Of a DNA stretch of 32,000 nucleotides, positions 1-8,457 are shown in pieces. The DNA lies in NCBI RefSeq assembly GCF_001652585.1, contig NZ_LWLG01000008.1, positions 30,001 through 62,000 on the forward strand. Reading direction: 5' to 3'. A program made the translations under genes and the position numbers. The notes under the pieces were generated by a model. The model was not told where the DNA came from. It worked only from the letters and a program-made list of their open reading frames with translations, and did not search any database. The first letter of the stretch is position 1. The number at the start of each line of letters is the position of its first letter. Source of the DNA: Thermosulfurimonas dismutans (GTDB taxonomy: Bacteria > Desulfobacterota > Thermodesulfobacteria > Thermodesulfobacteriales > Thermodesulfobacteriaceae).

Positions 1-301
1 TTTCTAACCAGACAGGTAAAATTTTGCTTTTGTTTTGCGTAAGTCTGGTAAAAGCAATATCTATTTCCCTTTGAACCCATTCTTGCTTGATTGAATATTT
101 AGATAATACAATTATAAAAAAATCAGCTTTTTGAGAGGCTTCATCTATTTTTCTAACAATTGAATCTCCAACTTTAATTTCCCAATCATCAACAAAAATT
201 TCTGCTATACTCTTTAAATCTTCTTTCATTTTTTTTGTAAGCTCCCAAACAAAATCATGATCTTTAGAAGTATGAGATACAAATATATAAATTTTAGACA
301 T
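1..301 (-). CDS. TIR-domain protein, N-terminal ~100 aa only (gene runs off the left edge)
   Basis: My own minus-strand translation from ATG 301..299 gives MSKIYIFVSHTSKDHDFVWELTKKMKEDLKSIAEIFVDDWEIKVGDSIVRKIDEASQKADFFIIVLSKYSIKQEWVQREIDIAF... This shows TIR hallmarks: an FVSHxxKD start, a G-D-S-I loop, the hydrophobic strand FFIIVLS, and S..W...E with the conserved Glu. GGAGG (315..311) lies 9 nt upstream of the ATG. The ORF is missing from the supplied track because it is truncated. Confidence 0.75.
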   Translation of the reverse strand, partial: MSKIYIFVSHTSKDHDFVWELTKKMKEDLKSIAEIFVDDWEIKVGDSIVRKIDEASQKADFFIIVLSKYSIKQEWVQREIDIAFTRLTQNKSKILPVWLE

Positions 302-333
302 TTCTTTTATCCTCCATGAGTCTTATTTTACAG

Positions 334-1185
334 CTAATTAAAAGCTTTATCATAAATTTCAGAAAGCAATTTAATTAAGCTTGTTTTATCTTCTACTATA
401 TATGGAATAGTTTTAAAATCTAATTCCAAAACATATCTAAAATACCTTATATTATTTTTAATATTTTCCTTGTTTTTTTCAGAAATCCCTGGTATCCAAA
501 AAACTTTTTTTCTTTTTGCATCTTCATTAAAAAATTGTGAATATATCTCCATTTCGGTTAAACTATACCCTATATATACAAAAATCATATAATTGTTGAA
601 AATTTTTTCCCAACATTCTCGAACTTTCCTAGGTGGATTATGATAAAATTTCGCGTAATCTTCTTCCGCAAATACCCATGATTCCGGTTTATCTATTCTT
701 CCATGAAGATAAATAATTTTGGAGTTAATAGAACAATTTTCAATGGGAATTATACTTATATGATCATCTGATAAATTGAGAGTATTTTGCAAACCTTTAT
801 CAATGTTAGTCGTGATTATTAAAATCTCTTGGTTTAAAAATTTTCCTATAATTTTAAATACTTCTTTATCTAACATATATTCAACTTCTTCAAAAACTTT
901 CTTCATTGTATCTATGTATAAGTATTTATGACATCCTTTAAAGCACTGCATTTTTTGAGGAAATTTAAGATAGGGATCATCTAATAATCTCAAGATATGT
1001 GGCTCCACAACTCCTCTCCATATAAAAATTTCTTTTAATTTCATTATAAGCTCTTCCCACAAAGGATAACCTGCAATTTTTGAAACGCCCGCTCCTAACC
1101 AAAAGCAACATAGTTCTTTATTGCTTTTCAAATTTTCAATTAAAGTCTCTAAATGTATTTCTTCTTCTATAGAATATATAAACAT
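334..1185 (-). CDS. Standalone SIR2-like (SIR2_2 family) NAD-utilising protein with no SLOG or other C-terminal sensor domain
   Basis: ORF 334..1200. Motifs are FWLGAGVSKIAGYPLWEELI (GAGxS dinucleotide loop), IITTNIDKGL (TTNYD-like), IYLHGRIDKPESWVFAEEDY (catalytic LHG) and VYIGYSLTE. The track start at 1200 is GTG; the ATG at 1185 (MFIYSIEEE) is the more likely start. About 283 aa is one SIR2 domain only. Confidence 0.7.
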   Translation of the reverse strand: MFIYSIEEEIHLETLIENLKSNKELCCFWLGAGVSKIAGYPLWEELIMKLKEIFIWRGVVEPHILRLLDDPYLKFPQKMQCFKGCHKYLYIDTMKKVFEEVEYMLDKEVFKIIGKFLNQEILIITTNIDKGLQNTLNLSDDHISIIPIENCSINSKIIYLHGRIDKPESWVFAEEDYAKFYHNPPRKVRECWEKIFNNYMIFVYIGYSLTEMEIYSQFFNEDAKRKKVFWIPGISEKNKENIKNNIRYFRYVLELDFKTIPYIVEDKTSLIKLLSEIYDKAFN

Positions 1186-1295
1186 CTTTTTTACACACAC
1201 TTATTGCCTTTTTTAATCTATTTTTTACTAGTTCAGCTACAGCCCAATAGACTTCTTTCTTCTTCGGTTAAACCGAGGGCGTCAAAAATAATGTG

Positions 1296-3137
1296 TCAAA
1301 TAACTTTATTACACATCCCTTTCACAATTTCAAACCAATTTTTTATTTCTTCCCATGCATTGAGTTCTTCTAAATGACTTTTAGTAATTTTCTGTGCTAC
1401 TTTTCCACAAAGAAGTTTCTTGGCATCTTTTTCTTTTATCCCCTTCTTGTTTGCAACTAACTTTGGAATATCAGCATTATCCCAATCTGAAATATTTCCA
1501 AGAATAATATTAAGCTCAGTTTCAATAAGCTTCTGGGGAATATAATTCTCTATCTCTCTTTTTTTTGTCAAAAGCCCATTTGAACCATCTTTTCGCTGTT
1601 TTACTTTTTCTATTTCATTTTTGTATTTTTCATCTTCATCTCTATCATAAAGATGAAATTCAATTGCATTAGTATTTCTAAAAATGTGACGGTCAATATG
1701 ATTTTTTAGTTGACTACCTCCCATTATATTGAAAGCTAATACCCCCGAATTAATGTAAACACTCAAATCGATTATTTCTTTTAGTTCTGGAATATTTTGA
1801 TTAATATTTATCAAAAATTTTTCGTCAGTTTCTCCCTCAACACACCAAATAACTTTTCCAATAGTTGGCATAATTCCTAAATTTTGTATAATTTTACTAA
1901 GAATATTTTCATCAAAAATTGCAACACTTACAGAGTTATTTTCCTTTTCTATATATTTAATGCTATCAGTTGGAAGTAACCTTATAAAAGAAGGGCTGTG
2001 AGTAGTAATTAACACTTGATAAATATCAGAATTTGCTAAACCTAATAAGCTGTCTAATAAAATTCTTTGTAAATCTGGATGTAAAGAAGTTTCAGGCTCT
2101 TCAATAGCATAAATAACATGAAAGGTACTTTCCTCTTTTCTTTTTTCTTTTTCAGAAATAAAGAAACTAAGAAGAACCAACCTTCTAAATCCACTCCCTC
2201 TTTTATTAAGAGGTACACCGTCATCTGTTTTAAACCCAATTCCCTTATAGACATCTTTCCATTTTAGGTCCACAGCTGAAGGAATATCTGGTTCAATTTT
2301 AGTTTCTTGTTTAGCTAATTTTTTAAATTGTTGTATAGTACTTTCAGCGATTGATTTTATCTGATTTTCAACTTTTTCGGCTATTTTAAGGAGTTGCTCT
2401 TTAATTTCCTCATCATCTTTAAATATTCTTTCAACTGCAATTTTAAGTGGATCCTGAATTTCAGCATCTTGATCAAGATTTTTGCGATCAGAGTGAAAAA
2501 GACCATATATAGGTAAATAATTTTTTAGTTTTTCCCAAATCGCCTTAGCATCTTCTGCGTCCACTTGAATTTCAATCTTTTCAAGTTTTAAATTTCCATC
2601 TTTTTGTTTATAAAATTTTCTTATTGATTCTCTTAAGATTGCATTAATATTTCTGTTGCTACATAATATAGAGTTGTCATTCACAAATTGTTGAAGCTCG
2701 CGCCGTTTCTTTCTTAAAAGGTCTTTAAGGAAATTATCATTAACTGGATGTATACAGGCAATAGTTGTTACTACCTTCAATCTGCCCGAAAATGTAAAGG
2801 TTTTCCATACTTCCAATAACTCATCCTCGTTAAGTAAAAATTCATTTTTAAGATTTGTAGGATATCTTTCATCAATTATCAACTCCTGTGGAAAATTTTT
2901 AAAAACAATACCTATTTTGAAACTATTTTTACCTTCTGCCCGCGCATGGACATTTATATCTTCATGATTCGTTTTAACCACTCCCTTTCCATCGTTAAGA
3001 AAAATATCAATAGCTTCAAGGATAGACGATTTCCCCTGATCATTTTTTCCTATAAAAGCTGTAAAATCATCCAAAGGAATTACAACTTTTCCCTTAAAAG
3101 CTCTAAAATCTTCAAGTATAACTTTCGCAATTTTCAT
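1296..3137 (-). CDS. OLD-family ATP-dependent endonuclease (ABC/AAA_15-21 ATPase plus C-terminal TOPRIM)
   Basis: 613 aa. Walker A is GKNDQGKSS, Walker B region is YAIEEPETSLHPDLQ, and ITTHSPSF follows. C-terminal TOPRIM signatures are VIWCVEGETDEKFL (Glu) and HLYDRDEDE (DxD). No UvrD-like partner is adjacent. The start overlaps the stop of the upstream 73-aa ORF by 4 nt. Confidence 0.8.
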   Translation of the reverse strand: MKIAKVILEDFRAFKGKVVIPLDDFTAFIGKNDQGKSSILEAIDIFLNDGKGVVKTNHEDINVHARAEGKNSFKIGIVFKNFPQELIIDERYPTNLKNEFLLNEDELLEVWKTFTFSGRLKVVTTIACIHPVNDNFLKDLLRKKRRELQQFVNDNSILCSNRNINAILRESIRKFYKQKDGNLKLEKIEIQVDAEDAKAIWEKLKNYLPIYGLFHSDRKNLDQDAEIQDPLKIAVERIFKDDEEIKEQLLKIAEKVENQIKSIAESTIQQFKKLAKQETKIEPDIPSAVDLKWKDVYKGIGFKTDDGVPLNKRGSGFRRLVLLSFFISEKEKRKEESTFHVIYAIEEPETSLHPDLQRILLDSLLGLANSDIYQVLITTHSPSFIRLLPTDSIKYIEKENNSVSVAIFDENILSKIIQNLGIMPTIGKVIWCVEGETDEKFLININQNIPELKEIIDLSVYINSGVLAFNIMGGSQLKNHIDRHIFRNTNAIEFHLYDRDEDEKYKNEIEKVKQRKDGSNGLLTKKREIENYIPQKLIETELNIILGNISDWDNADIPKLVANKKGIKEKDAKKLLCGKVAQKITKSHLEELNAWEEIKNWFEIVKGMCNKVI

Positions 3138-3355
3138 TCTCCTTCACCTCTTTCTAACAACTTACACTTTTGAATATTATCCTTTTTAAAACAGATGTGT
3201 TTTAAAAAAACATTTTTCTCTATTAGGCCAATTTCTTTTGGGGTTAAATTATAAAGTTTGCAAACTAAACGGTCTATTTGTTTCTCAAGGGCGGTGGTGT
3301 CGGCGGAGCAGCTGTTGGTTTGGTTTAAATAAAGAATTTTAAATTCTGCAAACAT
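3134..3355 (-). pseudogene. 73-aa ORF carrying only the C-terminal tail motif of type IIG/PglX-like methyltransferases; probable relic of a deleted or replaced gene
   Basis: The sequence ...ADTTALEKQIDRLVCKLYNLTPKEIGLIEKN... matches the terminal adt..LE..ID.LVY.LYgLT.eEI.iiE tail found at the extreme C-terminus of Eco57I/MmeI/PglX-type enzymes. No methyltransferase body precedes it. The ATG is 1 nt after the Res-like stop and the stop overlaps the OLD ATG, so it may still be translated. Confidence 0.4.
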
Positions 3356-3356
3356 T

Positions 3357-6300
3357 TTATATTATTTTTTCAAACATTTTCTCAATGTATGTCTCCTTGT
3401 CATCCTTTTGAAAAAGGACATGGCGATTTTCGAGTTCTTCTTTAGTAAGGCCCCACCATTTGATATCGCTGTAAAGAGTATAAGAAACGATAAAAGAATG
3501 GAGCTTCAACTGAGGATCACCTAATTTGCGTTCTATTTCCTTGATGCTCTGATAAAATCTCAACTTGGGATCATTAGGGCCTTCACGTTTTCGGATTCCC
3601 TTGGGATCAATAAAGGCTACATGTTGAATATCTGGTAGAAGTAGCCAAAGAATAAAATCGGGGTAAAAATTTCCGGCCTCAAAAAACCCTATTCCTCTGC
3701 GGCTACGATTGCGTAAAAGATAAAGCTCCTTATTTTGGAAAAAGTCTCTATTTTTCTTGTAGAAATTCCGCAAGTCGAATAGAAAATCCCTTTCACTTTC
3801 GGAATCTAAAATCACAGGCCTTACTTCAATAAAATCTCCTCGAATATAAAGTAAAGGTTGATATAAATGGCGCCCAAAATTGATAGCTAAAATGTTTTCA
3901 AATTCGAAATCCCGTTTAAACGTTCCAGACTGGACTAGGTTCTTTAGCTCCTCCAACTTTTTCACAATATCTTCTCGTGAAGCTTCGATATAAATACGAT
4001 ACTTTTCAAAAAAGTTCGGATCGTCTGGTCTTAGTTCGGAAACTTCGAGATATTCATTCTCCCATTCACGCTTGCAATATGAATAATGTCTATCTAAATA
4101 CTTTTTGAGAAGGGTTACCGCAATTTCCTGCCAACGACGAACTTGTTCAAAACTTTTAAATTCCATTTCTTCCCGGGGGATGTAAAGCTCGTACCACGAT
4201 TTATCGGTCAGGAGCTTTGGGATTTCGTCTCTCTCAAGCCTTACATTGTGCCAGGAACGTTCGGCTTTATATTCTTGAAGCTCAAAGTAAATTTGGTCGA
4301 TATCGAGAAAAGCAACGTGTTTTTCTTCGAAGAAACAAAGGTCTTTCTCTGCCCTTTGTTTGGAACCTATTCCAGCGCCACTTTCCAAAGCCTGAAGGCG
4401 GGGATACCAGTCTACAACTACTTTGTAACGTCTTAAGTATTCGGTTACTTCTCCAAAGTAAGGTTTCGGGCCATTGCGCTTAAAATCGATCCCTTCTTTT
4501 AAACGAACAATCTTTAATGGTCGGCTGCTGTTAAAATTTTTGACTACAGGAAGAATGAATTCAATGCGATCTTCATTGGTCGGGAGACCTTCTTCCTCAA
4601 GATATTCTTTAAATTGCCGCATGTAATCGGCTCTAACTCCGAAAACATTTAGCGTTTCCAAAATCTCAATATATTTAGGCGGTTCAATTCCTTCCAAACG
4701 GCGGCTTCGTTTGAGGCAGTAATCTTTACCTTTCAAGCGCACTCCGCGGCCGAATAGCTGAATAATTTGAGCTCCTTCTTTTTTTCCAATATTCATCAAG
4801 CCCATGGTGCTTACACGCCAGCTGTTCCAGCCCTCGGTAAACTTACGGGAGCCGATGAGAATGTTCACTGTGGAATCTTCCTCGTTGAGATTATGAAAGA
4901 GACTTCCAGAAATTACCTTTTCAGTAATAACCAGATTAGGATGGTTTTCACAAAGTTTCAGTAAATTCCCTGGATCACCTACATTGATAACACCAAAGGG
5001 TTCGTTATCTCCCACTTTAATGGCGATTTCGCCCTCAGCGTCTTTCAAATGTTCTAGATGCAGAGCGCCTGGAGCCTTGGTATTGAAAACGATTTCCAAA
5101 ATGTCGTGATAGACCTCTTCGGCTGAAAGTTTAAGAGTATTCAAATAGCGGAAAACCCCAGCAAAGAGTTCGTGGCCTTTCTTGTCCAAAAGTCCGGAAC
5201 GTCCCTGGAGAAGCTGTTCAATAATCTCTATACTTTCGGAACGATTTTTTATGAAATTTGCCAAAAAGAGCAAAATATCAAGAACGTCTGAAACTTTTCG
5301 GCCATGTTGTGTGCGTACAGCATTTACGCTGCCACCTACAAAAACCCATAAGGGCTTGGCTAAAAGGTAAGGCCGAAATTCTTCTTTTTTATCCAGGTAA
5401 AGTCTTAGTTGTTGATAGAAGGTAAGAAGCCCGGCGGTAAGATATTTTTTGCGTATGACTTCGTCGGAATCGTCTTCCAAATTGAGGATGCGATAATCCT
5501 TACCGTAACCATCTTGATAAAAATAGCGATAGGAATAGTCAAAGATGATACACTTGGCGTAAAGAGCTTCCAGTTCTTTATCGCCTTTGACGGCTTGGCC
5601 AAAAGTGGCGGAATATTCAAAGGAAAAGCCCTTCTCACAGAGTTTATCGCGCCGCGAAAGCCATGAACTTTCTTTTCCGCCGGAGGCTCCGCGGTGCCCT
5701 TCATCTACGAGGACAAGATTATTCCCTTCAAAGGTCTCTGGGGGGATGGTTTTTTCGCCGGCTTCTTCGCGAAGTTTGTGAATATCTATAATCAGGACTG
5801 TCTCCCGAGCAAAGAGCCCTCCACTTTCCTTACGGAAGATCTCCGCCGGAATGCCGGAAAGATTAAATTCTTCCAGGTGTTGAAGGGAAAGCCCTTCATT
5901 CGGCGTAAGCAAGATAATGCGGTTCAATTCTTCTGGCTTTCCATATAACCTAAGGTAGTGCAGATATTGCAGGAGGTTCACGTGCATTAAAAGTGTTTTT
6001 CCGCTTCCCGTGGCCATCCAGAAGACCAGTTTGTTGAGATCTCCCTTTTCGAAAGGTTTAAGTTCTTCCTCGGGATAATTTTCCTTGAAACGCTCAAGAT
6101 AAGCATTCAGAGAATTGAGTAGCCCCTCGAGGTTTCGAAAATAGCGGTCCAGATAAATCTCCGTGAAAAGCAAAGCCAGATATTGGAAATATTTGGGATA
6201 AAGGACATGGCCTAAACGATTACGATTTTCGGTTATTTTTCTCCAATGGCGCACAATGTTTTCATCGTAACGAAGAAGATCCTCTGGTGTTAAAGGACCA

Positions 6301-6506
6301 GTACCCTCAATTTGCTTCACCAGCTCATGATAGAATTTAGTGACATTGTTTTCGTCAAAGCCTTCGAGTTCTGGCCGCTTCAGGGCTTGAGCCAGACTAT
6401 CAAAAGAATCTTTGCCAAAAAGAGATAAAACCCAGCGATTTAATACCAGCCGCTTTTCGAAAGGCAATTTAGGTTTTGATTGATGTTTAGTTCTTTTCTT
6501 CGGCAT
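3357..6506 (-). CDS. Type III restriction Res-like SF2 helicase with C-terminal PD-(D/E)xK nuclease
   Basis: 1049 aa. Helicase motifs are WMATGSGKTLLMH (I), LVLVDEGHRG (II, DEGH), YSATFGQ (III) and QLFGRGVRL (VI). The C-terminus has GNFYPDFILWLL...VAFIDPKGIR, which matches the Y-x-PDF ... (D/E)-x-K-G pattern of Res-type endonuclease domains. Confidence 0.8.
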   Translation of the reverse strand: MPKKRTKHQSKPKLPFEKRLVLNRWVLSLFGKDSFDSLAQALKRPELEGFDENNVTKFYHELVKQIEGTGPLTPEDLLRYDENIVRHWRKITENRNRLGHVLYPKYFQYLALLFTEIYLDRYFRNLEGLLNSLNAYLERFKENYPEEELKPFEKGDLNKLVFWMATGSGKTLLMHVNLLQYLHYLRLYGKPEELNRIILLTPNEGLSLQHLEEFNLSGIPAEIFRKESGGLFARETVLIIDIHKLREEAGEKTIPPETFEGNNLVLVDEGHRGASGGKESSWLSRRDKLCEKGFSFEYSATFGQAVKGDKELEALYAKCIIFDYSYRYFYQDGYGKDYRILNLEDDSDEVIRKKYLTAGLLTFYQQLRLYLDKKEEFRPYLLAKPLWVFVGGSVNAVRTQHGRKVSDVLDILLFLANFIKNRSESIEIIEQLLQGRSGLLDKKGHELFAGVFRYLNTLKLSAEEVYHDILEIVFNTKAPGALHLEHLKDAEGEIAIKVGDNEPFGVINVGDPGNLLKLCENHPNLVITEKVISGSLFHNLNEEDSTVNILIGSRKFTEGWNSWRVSTMGLMNIGKKEGAQIIQLFGRGVRLKGKDYCLKRSRRLEGIEPPKYIEILETLNVFGVRADYMRQFKEYLEEEGLPTNEDRIEFILPVVKNFNSSRPLKIVRLKEGIDFKRNGPKPYFGEVTEYLRRYKVVVDWYPRLQALESGAGIGSKQRAEKDLCFFEEKHVAFLDIDQIYFELQEYKAERSWHNVRLERDEIPKLLTDKSWYELYIPREEMEFKSFEQVRRWQEIAVTLLKKYLDRHYSYCKREWENEYLEVSELRPDDPNFFEKYRIYIEASREDIVKKLEELKNLVQSGTFKRDFEFENILAINFGRHLYQPLLYIRGDFIEVRPVILDSESERDFLFDLRNFYKKNRDFFQNKELYLLRNRSRRGIGFFEAGNFYPDFILWLLLPDIQHVAFIDPKGIRKREGPNDPKLRFYQSIKEIERKLGDPQLKLHSFIVSYTLYSDIKWWGLTKEELENRHVLFQKDDKETYIEKMFEKII

Positions 6507-6512
6507 TCTGGC

Positions 6513-6983
6513 TTATTTTATAGCGCTCAAAAGATTCTCGGCCCGGATTTTTCTGTACTTCCTATTTCGAGGTTGCCGACCGTGTGACCCACCTGCAATT
6601 ATTACAAAAGTCCTCGAAGGATTTATTTGAAGCCCTAGATTTTCAAAAAGATAGCGGGCTCCTCTTTCTTTATTTTCAAGCTCGGCTTCTTCATGTTTCC
6701 CAAGTTCAAGCAGAAAGAATTTGACCCGGATCAACCCAGATTGTAGCTTGGCATATATCAATAATATGTCCGGCAAAGCTACAGATGAATCCAATTCAGC
6801 AAAGTGCTTCAGACATGGCATATGATGCCTTTTTATATCAATATTTACCATCAGGATAAGCTCGTCCGGTTCGATGGTGGGGAAAGAAACGGTTACTCCT
6901 TTTTCTTTAATAGAATTACCTCTTATCAGGCACTGAAAGAGGCGAAAAAGCCCTATTTCACTGCTCTCTCTTAAGAATTTCAT
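6513..6983 (-). CDS. Hypothetical 156-aa protein, partner of the upstream ATPase; no family recognised
   Basis: The ORF start overlaps the ATPase stop by 26 nt. GGGGGA lies 8 nt upstream of the ATG. The only motif-like stretch is LPDILLIY...FFLLELGKH, a weak and unproven PD...E..K-like pattern. Coding status rests on ORF length and operon context. Confidence 0.5.
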   Translation of the reverse strand: MKFLRESSEIGLFRLFQCLIRGNSIKEKGVTVSFPTIEPDELILMVNIDIKRHHMPCLKHFAELDSSVALPDILLIYAKLQSGLIRVKFFLLELGKHEEAELENKERGARYLFENLGLQINPSRTFVIIAGGSHGRQPRNRKYRKIRAENLLSAIK

Positions 6984-8436
6984 CCTGAAGTTCCCCCAGA
7001 AGACCTAGTTTTTCCCAAAGGGCTTCAGAGACTTGCGAAAATGTGCTCCAGTCAATATCAACCTCCGGGACTTCTTTAGGAATCTTCCGGATGTCTTCTA
7101 CCTGGCCGTCCGTCCGGAAAAAATAGGCCGAAAATCTGGAAGGGTCCAACAAGGCCTCCTCAGGCACCTCAAAAGGAGGGGCTTTAAGAATATTTTTTAA
7201 GCGTTCTTCTAGAGAAGAAAGACCGTTTTCTTTTATTTTTTCGCGGATTCGATAAGACCAAGCCAGAAAATTGAAGGTGTCAAGGATGTAAGGGCTGTGG
7301 GTGGTCAATAGGACTCGTAGGCCCAGGTTGACCGCCATGGCTAGGGCTATGGCCAGAATCACCTGAGCTTCAGGATGCAGATGCATTTCCGGCTCATCTA
7401 TCACCAGAAAGGCCCCTTCGGGAGCGCTTCTCAAAAACTTCTCCAGGGGAAGCAGGGCCTTAACCCCCGAACTGGCTCCGGAAATTTTTATCTCTCCTTC
7501 TCCAAAATTGAACCAAAATTCATCTTTTTTGAAATTAATTCTTCCTTTAAGTAATTTTTGCTCTAGAAGAGCTATCACTTTATCATAAACTTGAGAGACT
7601 TTTTTCCTCTCACTAAGCAAAAGAAACGTTAAAAAATCTTCAAAGACTTCCGGAAATTCGATATATTGTAAAAGAGAAAAAAGTTTTTTGCGCCATTTTT
7701 TGATAGATATATTTTCTCTCCATAATTGTGTGAGCTGATTTTTCAAGACAAACCATTGACGATAAAAAAGAAAAGACGTGCGTTCGGAAGGAATTATTAA
7801 ATTATGTCTAGGAAATCCTAAAAAATAAGCAAATTCTTCGCAAAATGTCTCTTCAAAAAAATAGTACTCAGTATCTGTATCATATTCTTCCAGATATTCT
7901 CCAAAAACATGTTCGTCTTGACTGTCATAAGGTATATAGACTTCAAAAATATTACCATCTTTTTTCAAGAAAGCAGAATAAAATAATCTACCAACTTCTG
8001 CTCCTTCCAGAGTATTTTCATCTATCTCTCCTACTATTCCAGAAATAGGAATATCACCCTCAAATTCCAATTTTTGTACCTTTTCTTCTTTTGTAATCAA
8101 GGATATTTCAAGTTTAGGTATTTTATTCTCTATACCGAAATATTTTCGCCAAAAATTGGGTAGCATCGATTCTGCAATTTCTTTTTTCCAAGCTTCTATC
8201 CATTGTTCTTTGAGTTCTTCAAAATTGAATTTGAGACGCTCATGTAAAAAAAGCTCGGAAATCTTTTCTTCGCCCAGGCCGCACTGGTCAGGATAGGTGT
8301 TCAGTAAGGCGTGTATCAGATAAGCGGTATATGTTTTTCCGGTATTGTTCGGTCCAATAAAGACCGTAAGAGGTCGCCAAACGATCCGAGAATCTTTTAC
8401 TGGCCCTAACCGTTTAATGTCAAGAATTAACTCCAT
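6958..8436 (-). CDS. ABC-type AAA_21/AAA_15 family ATPase (same superfamily as OLD N-domain, RloA, AriA and PtuA-type defense ATPases)
   Basis: 492 aa. Walker A is GPNNTGKTY, Walker B plus signature is FLVIDEPEMHLHPEAQ, and LLTTHSPYILD follows. AGGAG RBS is upstream. A long variable middle region lies between the two ATPase half-sites. Confidence 0.8.
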   Translation of the reverse strand: MELILDIKRLGPVKDSRIVWRPLTVFIGPNNTGKTYTAYLIHALLNTYPDQCGLGEEKISELFLHERLKFNFEELKEQWIEAWKKEIAESMLPNFWRKYFGIENKIPKLEISLITKEEKVQKLEFEGDIPISGIVGEIDENTLEGAEVGRLFYSAFLKKDGNIFEVYIPYDSQDEHVFGEYLEEYDTDTEYYFFEETFCEEFAYFLGFPRHNLIIPSERTSFLFYRQWFVLKNQLTQLWRENISIKKWRKKLFSLLQYIEFPEVFEDFLTFLLLSERKKVSQVYDKVIALLEQKLLKGRINFKKDEFWFNFGEGEIKISGASSGVKALLPLEKFLRSAPEGAFLVIDEPEMHLHPEAQVILAIALAMAVNLGLRVLLTTHSPYILDTFNFLAWSYRIREKIKENGLSSLEERLKNILKAPPFEVPEEALLDPSRFSAYFFRTDGQVEDIRKIPKEVPEVDIDWSTFSQVSEALWEKLGLLGELQDEILKREQ

Positions 8437-8457
8437 TATTTTTTCTCCTATTGAGTT

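Noticed and set aside
1153-1377. 74-aa plus-strand ORF bridging the SIR2/OLD intergenic region, and the weak hairpin TCGGT-TAA-ACCGA within it
   Set aside because: The ORF is an AT-rich chance frame overlapping two well-supported minus-strand genes. The hairpin has only 5 bp and no convincing U-run.
1296-3137. Gabija (GajA) assignment for the OLD-family protein
   Set aside because: Gabija requires an adjacent UvrD-like GajB helicase. The neighbours here are a 73-aa relic and a SIR2 gene.
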